Shown: positions 40,989 to 50,581 of the stretch, piece after piece
Layout of the letters: every line of letters starts with the position of its first letter
How positions within the stretch are numbered: the stretch's first letter is position 1
Assembly (NCBI GenBank): GCA_963767925.1
Contig: CAVYGB010000002.1
Coordinates: 992,001-1,056,000 of the forward strand
DNA: 64,000 nucleotides
Reading direction: 5' to 3'
Origin: an uncultured delta proteobacterium
GTDB taxonomy: Bacteria; Myxococcota_A; Polyangia; Fen-1088
Notes under the pieces: model-generated
The model's input: the letters and a program-made list of their open reading frames with translations, nothing else
What the model was told of the DNA's origin: nothing
The model's database searches: none
Made by a program: the position numbers and the translations under genes

Positions 40989-42239
40989 TCAGGGGGTGAA
41001 GAAGCGGACGGCGGGGTCGATCGTGATGTGGACGTTGGATTCGTCGCCCCAGCAGGCGATCGAGTTGTCCATCTGCAGCCCGCAGTAGGTAGCGAGCTTG
41101 CTGCGGATACCCTTGAGGCGCAGGTTGGGCGGCTGGGGGTGGAAGCGCTCCGGGCTGCTGTTGTACTTCTTGGTGCCCCAGCAGATCGGCTCGCCGTCGA
41201 GGCGGAGGGCGCAGGTGTTCCAGCTCGCCACCGCGACGTCCTTCACCTTGCCGAGGTTGGCCGGCACGTCGGTGGTGCCCTCGACGTTGTCGCCCCAGCA
41301 GGTCAAGGTGTCGTCGAGCTGGATGGCGCAGGCGTGGCTGGTCCCCATCGTCAGGTCGTCCATGTCGGCCCGCAGGTTGCCGTGGTAGATGGCGGCCACC
41401 AGCTTGGCCTCGAGCCCCGCGGGCGGCGGCGGGGCCTTGATGCCCCAGCACTGGACCGAGTCGTCGAGCAGCACGGCGCAGTTGAAGAACGAGGCCACCG
41501 CCAGCGACTTGGCCTTCATCCCCGCCGGCGCCGACACCTGCGGGCCGCGGCCCTGGCCCCAGCAGCGCACGGAGTGATCCTTGTTGATGGCGCAACCGTG
41601 GTCGTAGCCGATGCCGAAGTGGATCGGATCGATCCCCGTGGCGGGAGGATAGAAGGTCGCCTTGTGGCTCCAGCAGGACAGCCGCCGGGCGCTGCCCGGA
41701 GGCAGCAGGGCACAGCAGCCGTTGTGGGCGCAGAAGATCTGATCGCTGGTCGAGGCGGCCACATCGCCCGGCGGCCGGTTGCGCGGATCCGCCGTCCCGA
41801 AGCAGCGCACCTTCTTCGAATCGAGGATGTGGCAGGCGTGGTAATAGCCGAGCCCGATCCCGCTCGACACGAGGAGCTGGGTCAACCCATCCACGATGGG
41901 CTCGCCGACCGCCCCCGGCGGCATCTCGGCCGGCGGCGCAGGCGGCGGCGCTGAAGGAGGCAAAGGCGGCAATGACGGATCGCCCGGCGGCATGCCCACC
42001 ACCGGCGGCTGCGCAACCGGCCCAGGTGGCGTGGGCGCGGGCGCCGGATCCGGTGACGGCGCGGGACGCCCACCGGGCGACGGCGGCGCCTCCCCACTGC
42101 CCGCCCCCGGCTCCTCCGCGGTCCCGGACGCGCACCCCACCGCCAGGAGCGCCCCGGCCACAACCGAGAGCAGCAACCCGGACGCGGGTCGCGAGGACCG
42201 GACCGGGCCGAAAAGGGTGCGAGAGGATCGATTCATCAT
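40989..42239 (-). CDS. RCC1-repeat lipoprotein with Pro-rich linker
   Basis: Lipobox LAVGC; repeated H.CA...D..V.CWG units. Confidence 0.85.
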   Translation of the reverse strand: MMNRSSRTLFGPVRSSRPASGLLLSVVAGALLAVGCASGTAEEPGAGSGEAPPSPGGRPAPSPDPAPAPTPPGPVAQPPVVGMPPGDPSLPPLPPSAPPPAPPAEMPPGAVGEPIVDGLTQLLVSSGIGLGYYHACHILDSKKVRCFGTADPRNRPPGDVAASTSDQIFCAHNGCCALLPPGSARRLSCWSHKATFYPPATGIDPIHFGIGYDHGCAINKDHSVRCWGQGRGPQVSAPAGMKAKSLAVASFFNCAVLLDDSVQCWGIKAPPPPAGLEAKLVAAIYHGNLRADMDDLTMGTSHACAIQLDDTLTCWGDNVEGTTDVPANLGKVKDVAVASWNTCALRLDGEPICWGTKKYNSSPERFHPQPPNLRLKGIRSKLATYCGLQMDNSIACWGDESNVHITIDPAVRFFTP

Positions 42240-42341
42240 GGGGCTCCTGCAGATGAAGTGACGTGGGCCCGCGCCGGGCGGGCGCTTTCCGTCTCGCGCC
42301 CGTCCGCGTCGGTCGGTCCGCCAGGCGCCAGCGGGCGGCCG

Positions 42342-43736
42342 TCAAGGCGACTTCTCGGCGCCAGCGGCGACGGGCGGGTCGGCGAGGATACGGCCGCGGT
42401 GGACGACGTGGCGGAGGCGTCGGGTGTTGGATATGCGCTCGAGGGGCGAGGCATCGAGCACGAGCAGGTTGGCGGGGGAGCCCGGCTGCAGCCCCCAGGG
42501 GACGCGCAGGAAGCGGGCGGCCAGGGTGGTGGCGGCCCGCAGCGTGTCCCAGGCGGGCAGGCCGGCCTCCGCCAGCAGCTCGAGCTCGCGGTGCAGGGAG
42601 AAGCCCTGGAAGGTGCCGAGGTTGCCGGTGTCCGAGCCGGCCAGGATCGGCACCCCGGCCGCGTGCAGCCTCCGGACGGAGACGTAGTCGTTGGCCACGC
42701 AGCCCTCCCCCTGCCACTTCAGCCAGAAACGCGCCTTGTCGGTGAACCCGGCCCGGTTGCGGTAGGCCGCGCGCAGGGCGGGCCCGGTCAGGCGGGCAAG
42801 CAGCGGGTCGTCCAGGAGCGCGGGCCTGTCCGCCAGGCGCGCGAGATCGCACTGCACCGCCATGGTCGGGATGGTCTGCGCCTTGCGTTCCACCAGCAGG
42901 CGCACCAGGGCCGCGGGGATGACCACCTCGTCCTCGAAGTGGGTGATGGCGCTGGCGCCGCCGCGCACCGCCACCTTCGCCTCGTCCCAGTCGCTGATGT
43001 GCACCACCGTGGGCACCCCCAGGTGGGCCGCCTCGCCCAGCACCGCCGCCAGTCCGGCCGATCCGGCGAAGGCCTTGACGACATCGGCCCCCGCCTCGCG
43101 CAGCTCCCGCACCCGCGCGCGCGCGCGCAGCCCCGCCTCGTCCCCCGCGCTCCGCCAGCCGCCCGCCACCGCGCCCACGAACAGCGCCGCGTGCTCGGGC
43201 GAGCCGCGCAGGCGATCGCGCAGCGCCAGCCGCTCGCGGGTGTTCCCCACCAGGTCGAGCATCCCCATCACCCCCGCGCGCAGCACCAGCCGCAGCACCG
43301 CCTCGGTCCCCGGCTCCTCGTCGGGACTGTCGTCGGGCGCCGGGTTGCCCCAGCCGTGCACGTGCAGATCGATCAACCCCGGCATCACGAACCGCCCCCC
43401 GACATCGATCCGCCGCCCCGGACATCGCCCCCCCGCGCCCGCCGCCACCGCCCGCACCACCCCGCCCGCGATCACCACATCGGCCCGCACCGCCGTCCGC
43501 CGGTCCGGATCCAGCACCGTCCCCCCCACCAGACACAACCCCTCCCCCCCAGCACCTCCCCGAGCCGGCGCCTCTCTCCCCGCCCCCGCCTGCGCCCCCG
43601 CCGCTACCGCTGCTCGTCCCACCTCCGCCCGCGCTCCTACCCCCTCCGCCCTGCCCACGGATTGCTCCCCCGCAGCCTCCCCGCCCGCTACGGCCAGCAC
43701 CAGCAATCCGGCCCCGAGCGCCTGAAGCGAGCCCAT
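42342..43736 (-). CDS. Secreted amidohydrolase-superfamily protein
   Basis: VMPGLIDLHVH, GADVVK, ITH, ILAGSDTG and PANLLVLD. Confidence 0.88.
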   Translation of the reverse strand: MGSLQALGAGLLVLAVAGGEAAGEQSVGRAEGVGARAEVGRAAVAAGAQAGAGREAPARGGAGGEGLCLVGGTVLDPDRRTAVRADVVIAGGVVRAVAAGAGGRCPGRRIDVGGRFVMPGLIDLHVHGWGNPAPDDSPDEEPGTEAVLRLVLRAGVMGMLDLVGNTRERLALRDRLRGSPEHAALFVGAVAGGWRSAGDEAGLRARARVRELREAGADVVKAFAGSAGLAAVLGEAAHLGVPTVVHISDWDEAKVAVRGGASAITHFEDEVVIPAALVRLLVERKAQTIPTMAVQCDLARLADRPALLDDPLLARLTGPALRAAYRNRAGFTDKARFWLKWQGEGCVANDYVSVRRLHAAGVPILAGSDTGNLGTFQGFSLHRELELLAEAGLPAWDTLRAATTLAARFLRVPWGLQPGSPANLLVLDASPLERISNTRRLRHVVHRGRILADPPVAAGAEKSP

Positions 43737-43854
43737 CACCCGCGATGTTAGCCGCAACCGGCCATGCCGTTCAGCCGGCGGGGCGACATCACCCTCCCGC
43801 GCTCCTCCGCGGGCCGGGCAAGGACCCCCGAGCCGCCCCCAACGTCCACCCACA

Positions 43855-43976
43855 TCGTGCACGCCACCCGTGGACGAGCTCCGTCAGACGTGCACGTCCC
43901 ACGTGCTGGTGCACGAGCACGCGACTCGTGCACGGGATCCGTCAAACGTGCACGTCCCACATGCTCGTGCACGTCT
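43855..43976. repeat. GTGCAC/ACGT-rich degenerate repeat
   Basis: Six GTGCAC sites in about 120 bp; CCGTCA(G/A)ACGTGCACGTCCCAC occurs twice. Confidence 0.75.
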
Positions 43977-44261
43977 GCTGGCACCAGACGCGCCTTCAAC
44001 TCCCAACCGCCTCTCCCCGCCACCCCCTCGGACGGGCCTACCCCCCCCCGGAGACCCCTGATCGCCCGCGTGCGCGAAAACGGTTTACCGTCCAGCGCGT
44101 CGGGCGGGGAGAGACCTATCTTGTTTCCTGGCCCTGCCGCCCCGCTGCTTTGGGCCGATTTCGCCGACCCCGGCAGCGAGGCACTACGGAACTGCCCGTA
44201 ACCGTGGGGCAACGGAGCGATCGCGCAAATTACTTCGGGTTTGGAATGTTCTCCGCGTTAC

Positions 44262-44292
44262 ACCACACAGTATTTAAACAAACTGTAGTGGT
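44262..44292. promoter_or_regulatory. AT-rich inverted repeat upstream of the DUF6968-like gene (possible operator/promoter)
   Basis: ACCAC-ACAGT-N10-ACTGT-A-GTGGT within an unusually AT-rich patch. Confidence 0.4.
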
Positions 44293-44328
44293 ATTCGATC
44301 TGGTAGTTTTGCCGGGAGCGAACGAGTC

Positions 44329-44835
44329 ATGTGGAGTCCCCCTTCCCTCGGAGACGTGATCGCGGAGCGGGTCTGCGACCTGCGCCGCGGCGACCGGGTT
44401 GTCGGCCGGGTGACCGTCAGCCTGGGCCGGCCCGTGCGCGCACCGGACGCCGGGGTGGACGACCCCTGGTGGTGCCCGGTCCGCATCGTCGGCACCGGCA
44501 TCGATCTCGAGAAGCCCGTCCCCGGTGAAGACTCCCTGCAGGCGCTCCTGCTCGCCCTCGAGTTCGCCGCCGACATCTTGCCCCAGGAGGCGGAGAACCT
44601 CGGCGCACGGCTGGCCTGGCTCGAGGAGTCCGAGCGGGCGATCCTCGAACGGCAGGGTCGCTCCGGCTCTCCGGACAACGCCTTCACCTCCCTGCTCGAT
44701 CGCCTCGCGCGCAAACCCGCCAACACCCTCGACTTCGAGACGCCCGTCCCCCAGCCGTCCACCGAGCGCCCGACTCGCCCGCTTCACGCCGTCGGCGGCC
44801 CCCGCCCGACCGCGGGCCCCGGCCGCAAGCGCTGA
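44329..44835 (+). CDS. DUF6968-like hypothetical protein
   Basis: VIAER, VTVSLGRP, WWCPVRIVG and GEDSLQALLLAL. Confidence 0.65.
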   Translation: MWSPPSLGDVIAERVCDLRRGDRVVGRVTVSLGRPVRAPDAGVDDPWWCPVRIVGTGIDLEKPVPGEDSLQALLLALEFAADILPQEAENLGARLAWLEESERAILERQGRSGSPDNAFTSLLDRLARKPANTLDFETPVPQPSTERPTRPLHAVGGPRPTAGPGRKR

Positions 44836-45030
44836 GCGCGGACCAGCGCCCTCGCGCGCGATCGCGCGCACACGAGCCGCCGCCCGATCGCTTGGATGCG
44901 CCTTCGCGCCCAGGACGGCCATCTCATCGAGCGAAATAGATCCGGAAAGACGGTGCACGCGCCGCCGCCGGCGCCTTACCCTTTCGGTACACGGCCCTCG
45001 CGAACCCAGTGCAACCACCAGGGGGTGACG

Positions 45031-46656
45031 ATGACGACCGAGAGGCAACGGCGACTGCGTGTGTGGAGCGTCCTGGCGGCGCTGTGTAGCTGGCCCGCCG
45101 CCGCCTGCGACGGCGACGCCGGCAGCGCGCTCTCCCCCGCCGAGGTGGAGCTCAGCCAGCACGCGATCGGCAACTACGATTACAGCGACCACGTCGCCTG
45201 GTCGCAGAGCCCGCCCGGCGGCCTCTCCCCCTCGCAGGTGCCGATGTTCGTGCAGATCGGCTTCGACGACAACCAGCGCTCGGGCAGCAACACCAACCCG
45301 CCGGGCGGGATGACCTGGGCCACCAACTTCTTCAAGAACCTGAAGAACCCGCCCGGCACCGGCAAGGCCGCCACCTTCGACAACACCCCCGTGCGGGTCA
45401 GCTTCTACAGCAACACCACCTACATCTCCGACGGGTACGTCGAGGATCCGGTGCTGGTCAAGAAGGCCTGGCGGACCGCCCTCACCGACGGCCACGAGAT
45501 CGGCAACCACACCCACCGCCACCCCGACGGCAGCGGCTTCTCGGTCAGCCAGTGGCGCAACGAGATGAACGAGAACAACGACTGGCTCACCCGGTCCTTC
45601 GTGGCCAACGAGCCGGCCTTCACCGTCGGCTCCGGCATCGGCGCCTCCCTCGGCGCCATCGAGGGGTTCCGCACGCCTTTCCTCGCCTACAACGCCAACA
45701 TGCTCGCCGCCGCCAGGAACGTCGGCTTCACCTATGACGTCAGCATCGAGGAAGGCTGGCAGCTCAACGACGAGGGGACCAACTTCAACTGGCCCTACAC
45801 CCTCGACAGCGGCAGCCCGGGCAGCACCGCCATCGGCAAGCCGGTGGGCAACCACAGCGGCCTGTGGGAGCTCGGCGCCGCCCCCTTCGTGCTGCCGCCC
45901 GCCCTGCGCGACGAGCTGGGGCTCAGCAAGATCACCGGCCTCGACTACAACATGTTCGTGAGCGCCAGCCTGACCAAGGCCCAGGCCCTCGCCATCCTGA
46001 AGTTCACCCTCGACCGCCGGCTGACCAGCAACCGCGCCCCCCTGCTGATCGGGGCCCACACCGCGATCTACACCAGCGACCTCAGCGTCCCCAACACGAC
46101 CCCCCAGCAGCGCCGCGAGGTGATCCAGGAGTTCGTGACCTACGCCCTCAGCAAGCCCCAGGTCCGCATCGTCACCGCCAAGAACATCATCTCCTGGATG
46201 CGCAACCCCGCGACCCTCAGTGGCGGTGGCGGCGGCGGTGGTGGTGGTGGGGGAGGCGGCGGCTGCACCGCCGAGTCCAACTCCGCCTTCTGCGACCGCC
46301 TCGGCAAGAACTGCGGCAGCGTCAGCGGCCCCGACAACTGCGGCAACCCGCGCACCAGTTCCTGCGGCACCTGCAGCGCCCCCCAGACCTGCGGCGGCGG
46401 CGGCACCCCCAACGTCTGCGGCACCTCCCCCAGCAACAGCTGCGACGCCCCCGCCTTCTCCCCGTCCGAGACCTACCAGGCCGGCGACATCGTCGCCGCC
46501 GACTGCCAGGTCTCCATCCCCGGCACCGCCTGCTACGACGAGGTCGGCACCTCCTTCACCTGGCGCTGCGAAGCCCCCACCTGGTGCAACCTCCGCCCCG
46601 GCAGCGACCAATCCGGCTGGTGGTCCGCCTGGACCCCCCTCGCCCAATGTGACTGA
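45031..46656 (+). CDS. Polysaccharide deacetylase (CE4/NodB-like) lipoprotein with Cys-rich C-terminal modules
   Basis: QIGFDD, GHEIGNHTHRH, GFRTPFL, YD.S and NRAPLLIGAH; poly-Gly linker followed by Cys repeats. Confidence 0.9.
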   Translation: MTTERQRRLRVWSVLAALCSWPAAACDGDAGSALSPAEVELSQHAIGNYDYSDHVAWSQSPPGGLSPSQVPMFVQIGFDDNQRSGSNTNPPGGMTWATNFFKNLKNPPGTGKAATFDNTPVRVSFYSNTTYISDGYVEDPVLVKKAWRTALTDGHEIGNHTHRHPDGSGFSVSQWRNEMNENNDWLTRSFVANEPAFTVGSGIGASLGAIEGFRTPFLAYNANMLAAARNVGFTYDVSIEEGWQLNDEGTNFNWPYTLDSGSPGSTAIGKPVGNHSGLWELGAAPFVLPPALRDELGLSKITGLDYNMFVSASLTKAQALAILKFTLDRRLTSNRAPLLIGAHTAIYTSDLSVPNTTPQQRREVIQEFVTYALSKPQVRIVTAKNIISWMRNPATLSGGGGGGGGGGGGGGCTAESNSAFCDRLGKNCGSVSGPDNCGNPRTSSCGTCSAPQTCGGGGTPNVCGTSPSNSCDAPAFSPSETYQAGDIVAADCQVSIPGTACYDEVGTSFTWRCEAPTWCNLRPGSDQSGWWSAWTPLAQCD

Positions 46657-46709
46657 CCCCCGTCGCGCCTAACATTTGCCCATTTCAAGTTCTGCTCTAG
46701 TCGCCGGCT

Positions 46710-47090
46710 TCAGCGGCGATGCGAGAGGGAGCGACGACCGCCGCTCCCGTCCGGCGCCATCACCTGGCCAGGCAACGAAGTGACCACCCGGGCGCACTCC
46801 CGAAACCCTTCTGCCTGGCACTTCACTCCCGCAACATCCTGCGTGAACCCGTCCGGGAGGCAACCCGGGAACGAGAAGCACCTCCCCGACCCATCGAAAC
46901 CGACTTTGATGTTCGGAGGGCACGAGCGACCCGCTGCCACGCAGCCCACCTGCACGGGTTCGCCGAAGCACCTCCCGGCGACGTCGTACGGACGAGCAAG
47001 AACCGGCTGCTCACATTCCCCGCAAGAGACGGCGAAGCAGAGCACGAGCCAAGCCACCATCGCCATCTTCGAAATCATCGCGTCCTCCAT
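46710..47090 (-). CDS. Small Cys-rich putative lipoprotein
   Basis: Hydrophobic leader ending AVSC; multiple cysteines; lower GC. Start uncertain. Confidence 0.5.
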   Translation of the reverse strand: MEDAMISKMAMVAWLVLCFAVSCGECEQPVLARPYDVAGRCFGEPVQVGCVAAGRSCPPNIKVGFDGSGRCFSFPGCLPDGFTQDVAGVKCQAEGFRECARVVTSLPGQVMAPDGSGGRRSLSHRR

Positions 47091-47166
47091 CCTCGTCGTC
47101 TGACGATACTGGCCTTCAGCGGGCGGCCCGTCCGCGCAGACGGCGAGGACAATGGCGTCGACCCGG

Positions 47167-47606
47167 TCAAGGGAGCGCGAGGAACTTGCTTGCGAGCGTG
47201 AGGAAGGGCTCCGGAAGACCGGTCGGATCGTCGTAGCCTCGCCCTCTCGAAACGCATGCTGTCCACGCCGTCACAGCGGTCGTTGTCGACCGCGAGAAGC
47301 CGTCGAGCAGGCCGCCACAGGAAACGGCGTCGGCCCCACCCGACATCGGGAGGGCATCAAACGCTTCCCTCAGCGCCTGTAACTTCGCGGGATCCGCTCG
47401 ACCGCTCGCGTGAAGCTCTGGTCGACCGTCTTCGCATCCGCCGTCCTCGCGCCACAGCGTACCGTCGGCGTCCACAGCGGATATGCGGCCACAGAGTCCC
47501 CGCGTCTGCGCCCACATCATCACGGGCACCTCGAGGTCCTCCACGTGCACGGAGACGAGCAGCTGTAAAGCAGAACGGCGACCAGCAACCGGAATCGTCG
47601 GACCAT
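47167..47606 (-). pseudogene. Putative lipoprotein with a 1-nt frameshift near 47545
   Basis: MVRRFRLLVAVLLYSC leader from ATG 47606 shifts into the 47167-47550 ORF (VEDLEVPVMMW...). Confidence 0.45.
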
Positions 47607-47715
47607 GATCGAGGTACTTCGCTGCTCGTTCGCCCTCGCCCCGCAGCAGCAGGAAGAGGGAGGGGTGAGGTGAATCTGGGTGAGCCGGCGGAGGCCCCTG
47701 GCTCCCCGCTCCTCT

Positions 47716-48342
47716 TCAGTCCTTCTTCGGGGACGGTTCGCCGTCGGGGTCGCGGTCGCCGAAGCGGGAGCGGCGTTGTTCGTCCATGGCTTCGCGGATG
47801 CGGCGGCGAAAGTCGTCTTCGAGGCGGGGGAGCAGGAGGAGCAGCTTGGCTTGCTGCAGGGGCTTGAGCGACGGGCGGAGGGCTTTGAAGCGCTCGTCGT
47901 CGAGGGTCTTGCGCCGGGTCTGGTTGGTCAGGAGCTGATCGATCAGCACCTGCAGGCGGCGGTTGTCGGGCTGGCCGGCGCGGGTCTGGTCCTTGACCTC
48001 GCGGGCGATGCCGAACCGCTGGCGGGCCAGCTCGCGCGCCTTCTCGTCGTATTCGGCCAGCAGGGGGAAGACCTTGGCGGCGGTGGCCTGGTCGAGGGCC
48101 AGCTCCTCGGTCAGCTTCCACATGCGCATCGCCCGCATCTGGTCGAGGACCTCGTTGTGCAGCCGCTCGCGGTCCTCGCGGCGGGCGGCCCGGCGGGCGG
48201 CCCGTTCGCTCTCGCTGACGGCCGGGCCCTGGGCCGCGCCCATCAGCGGCAGCGCCAGCAGCGCCAGCCCGAGGGCCAGCCCCACCCGCGCCGGCGGCAG
48301 CCAACGCAGCCACCTTGTCCGGATCGAAGTCGCGTTTGCCAT
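47716..48342 (-). CDS. Spy/CpxP-like periplasmic helical protein
   Basis: Signal/TM segment; LTEELALDQ and LKPLQQAKL (LTxxQ-like) motifs. Confidence 0.75.
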   Translation of the reverse strand: MANATSIRTRWLRWLPPARVGLALGLALLALPLMGAAQGPAVSESERAARRAARREDRERLHNEVLDQMRAMRMWKLTEELALDQATAAKVFPLLAEYDEKARELARQRFGIAREVKDQTRAGQPDNRRLQVLIDQLLTNQTRRKTLDDERFKALRPSLKPLQQAKLLLLLPRLEDDFRRRIREAMDEQRRSRFGDRDPDGEPSPKKD

Positions 48343-48350
48343 CGCGGTCG

Positions 48351-49064
48351 TCAGCGCAGCCTTTCCTGCAGGGCCAGCAGGCCCGTCTCGTCGAGCATCT
48401 CCAGATCTTCGGCCATCGTCGTCGGATCCGACGAGGTGGCGGGCGCCGACTCGTCGAGGTCGCTGGCTGACAGCGCCGAATCGGCCTCCGGGTCGAGCGC
48501 CCGGTGCAGCCCGTCGCGCAGGCTGGTCAGCCCCTCCAGGTCGAGCTCGGCGATGGCGTCGTCGGGCGCGGCCACGATCTCCGAGCCCAGCGTGCTGCCG
48601 ATCTCGGCCCCGATGTCGAAGGCGCCGGCGGCGGTCGTTCGACCGGGCCGGGGGTCGTCGGACATCCGCAGCCCGGGGCCCATCACCAGCACCGCCAGCC
48701 CCACCGCGCCGACCGCCCCGGCCAGCGCCGCCGGCACCGGCCGCCGCAGCCAGCCCAGCACCCGTTCCCACGAGGTGGGCCGGTCGGCCCAGCGCCTGGT
48801 CCGATCGTCGCGGACGCGGGCGCTCACCCAGGCCGCGGACACCTGCCCGGGAAACTTCTCCCAGAAGAAGGCCCCGGGATCCGGCACCCCGGCCCCCTCC
48901 TGAGCCTCGCTCTCGCGCAACAGGGCGGACAGCCGGGGAACCTCGCGCATGTCGGCGGCCGTGCGAAAGCAGCGCAGACAGGACCCGACGTGGGCCCCCA
49001 GCTCGGCGTCGTCGGCCGGCCGATCGCCCGCGATGAGCCGGGACTCGAACTGCTCGCAACTCAT
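48351..49064 (-). CDS. Zinc-binding (zf-HC2) anti-sigma factor
   Basis: C...HVGSCLRC and a single TM; overlaps the ECF sigma stop. Confidence 0.85.
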   Translation of the reverse strand: MSCEQFESRLIAGDRPADDAELGAHVGSCLRCFRTAADMREVPRLSALLRESEAQEGAGVPDPGAFFWEKFPGQVSAAWVSARVRDDRTRRWADRPTSWERVLGWLRRPVPAALAGAVGAVGLAVLVMGPGLRMSDDPRPGRTTAAGAFDIGAEIGSTLGSEIVAAPDDAIAELDLEGLTSLRDGLHRALDPEADSALSASDLDESAPATSSDPTTMAEDLEMLDETGLLALQERLR

Positions 49065-49726
49065 CGCACCCCTACCTTACCGGAACCGAGCCCGCCGAGG
49101 AGCTGGCGCAGGCGCCGCACGGCGTAGTGGAAGTTCACCTTGGCCGCGCCTTCGGTCGTCTCGAGCGCGGCGGCGATGTCCTTGAAGGGCAGCTCCTCGT
49201 AAACACGCAGCTCCAGCGTCATGCGTTGCTTGGTCGGCAGCTCCGCGACCGCCTTGCGCAGGGCCTGCGCGGTCTCGGCCTTCTCGAGCTGGGCGTCCGC
49301 GTCCGCCACCGAGACCGGCTCGTCGCGCGTGGCCACCCCGTCGTCGACGAAGCGGGCGTGGTCCCGCAGGTGGTTGAGCGACAGGTTGGCTCCGATGCGG
49401 AACAGCCAGCTCCGGAAGGTGTGCTCCTCCCGCAGGTCGTCGAGCTTCTCCATCACCCGGATGAAGCTGCGCTGGGCGAGGTCGGCCGCCACGTCGTGGT
49501 CCCGCACGTAGCGGAAGCAGAGCAGGTAGAGCGCCTTCTGGTAACGGCGCACGAGCGTCTCGAACGCGGTCCGGGACCCTCCCCGCGCCTGCCGCACGAG
49601 CTCGTCGTCGCCCAGCTCCGCTTGCGTCATCGCTCGGAGGGGCAATTCTGTCACGGCCGCGCCGGAGGCCAGACGAACCATCTTCAAATAGAGACCCCCC
49701 ACCCCGGCCAACGTTAGCCTCGTCAC
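49061..49726 (-). CDS. ECF RNA polymerase sigma factor
   Basis: DDELV..AFETLVRRY, FRSWLFRIG.N and LPTKQR...FKDIA. The true start may be 49681 or 49630. Confidence 0.93.
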   Translation of the reverse strand: MTRLTLAGVGGLYLKMVRLASGAAVTELPLRAMTQAELGDDELVRQARGGSRTAFETLVRRYQKALYLLCFRYVRDHDVAADLAQRSFIRVMEKLDDLREEHTFRSWLFRIGANLSLNHLRDHARFVDDGVATRDEPVSVADADAQLEKAETAQALRKAVAELPTKQRMTLELRVYEELPFKDIAAALETTEGAAKVNFHYAVRRLRQLLGGLGSGKVGVR

Positions 49727-49843
49727 CCGCCGTCGCCGCGAGGCGGCACGTCAGGACGAGGCCCGAACGGGCCTACCGAGCGGCGCCGTCCCCAATCTCG
49801 CCGCCACCGGCCCGAGGCGGCGCGGCCGGCCGCGCCGGCCCGG

Positions 49844-50581
49844 TCAGCGCTTGAAGACGCGCAGCAGGCGGGTCAGCGGATCGTACAGGCGGTCCACCAC
49901 CCGCTCCTTGAGCGGGATGATGGCGTTGTCGGTGATGGTGATCTCCTCGGGGCAGACCTTGGTGCAGCACTTGGTGATGTTGCAGTACCCGATCCCGTGC
50001 TTCTCCTTGAGATCGACGACGCGGTCGGCGGTGTCGAGCGGCTGCATCTCGAGGGCGGCGGTGTAGGTGAAGTAGCGGGGCCCGATGAACTCGCCGTGTT
50101 TCTCGTGGTCGCGCAGGACGTGGCAGACGTCCTGGCAGATGAAACACTCGATGCACTTGCGGAACTCCTGCACCCGCTCGATGTCCTCCTGCTGCATGCG
50201 CCAGGTGCCGTCGGCGGCGTCGGGCGGGCGGGGCTTGAACTTCTTGATGGTCTTCTTGACCTCGTAGTTCCAGGAGACGTCGGTCACCAGGTCCCGGATG
50301 AGGGGGAAGGCCTTCATCGGCTCGATCGTCACCGGCTCGTCGAGCGGCAGCTCGCCCAGGCGGGTCATGCACATCAGCTTGGGCATCCCGTTGATCTCGG
50401 CCGAGCAGGAGCCGCACTTGCCAGCCTTGCAGTTCCAGCGGCAGGCCAGATCGTTGGCCGCCTCGGCCTGGATCTTGTGAACGGCGTCGAGCACCACCAT
50501 GCCCTCGCTGATCTCGGTGGGGTAGTCCTCGAACTTCCCGCCCTTGCGATCGCCCCGCCAGATGCGGAAGGTGGCCTTCAT
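49844..50581 (-). CDS. sdhB: Succinate dehydrogenase/fumarate reductase iron-sulfur subunit
   Basis: CKAGKCGSC, CIECFICQDVC and CNITKCCTKVCP. Confidence 0.95.
   Translation of the reverse strand: MKATFRIWRGDRKGGKFEDYPTEISEGMVVLDAVHKIQAEAANDLACRWNCKAGKCGSCSAEINGMPKLMCMTRLGELPLDEPVTIEPMKAFPLIRDLVTDVSWNYEVKKTIKKFKPRPPDAADGTWRMQQEDIERVQEFRKCIECFICQDVCHVLRDHEKHGEFIGPRYFTYTAALEMQPLDTADRVVDLKEKHGIGYCNITKCCTKVCPEEITITDNAIIPLKERVVDRLYDPLTRLLRVFKR

Noticed and set aside
44262..44292. LexA/SOS box
   Set aside because: The ACAGT-N10-ACTGT orientation and spacing do not match the LexA boxes I know; kept only as a generic inverted repeat.
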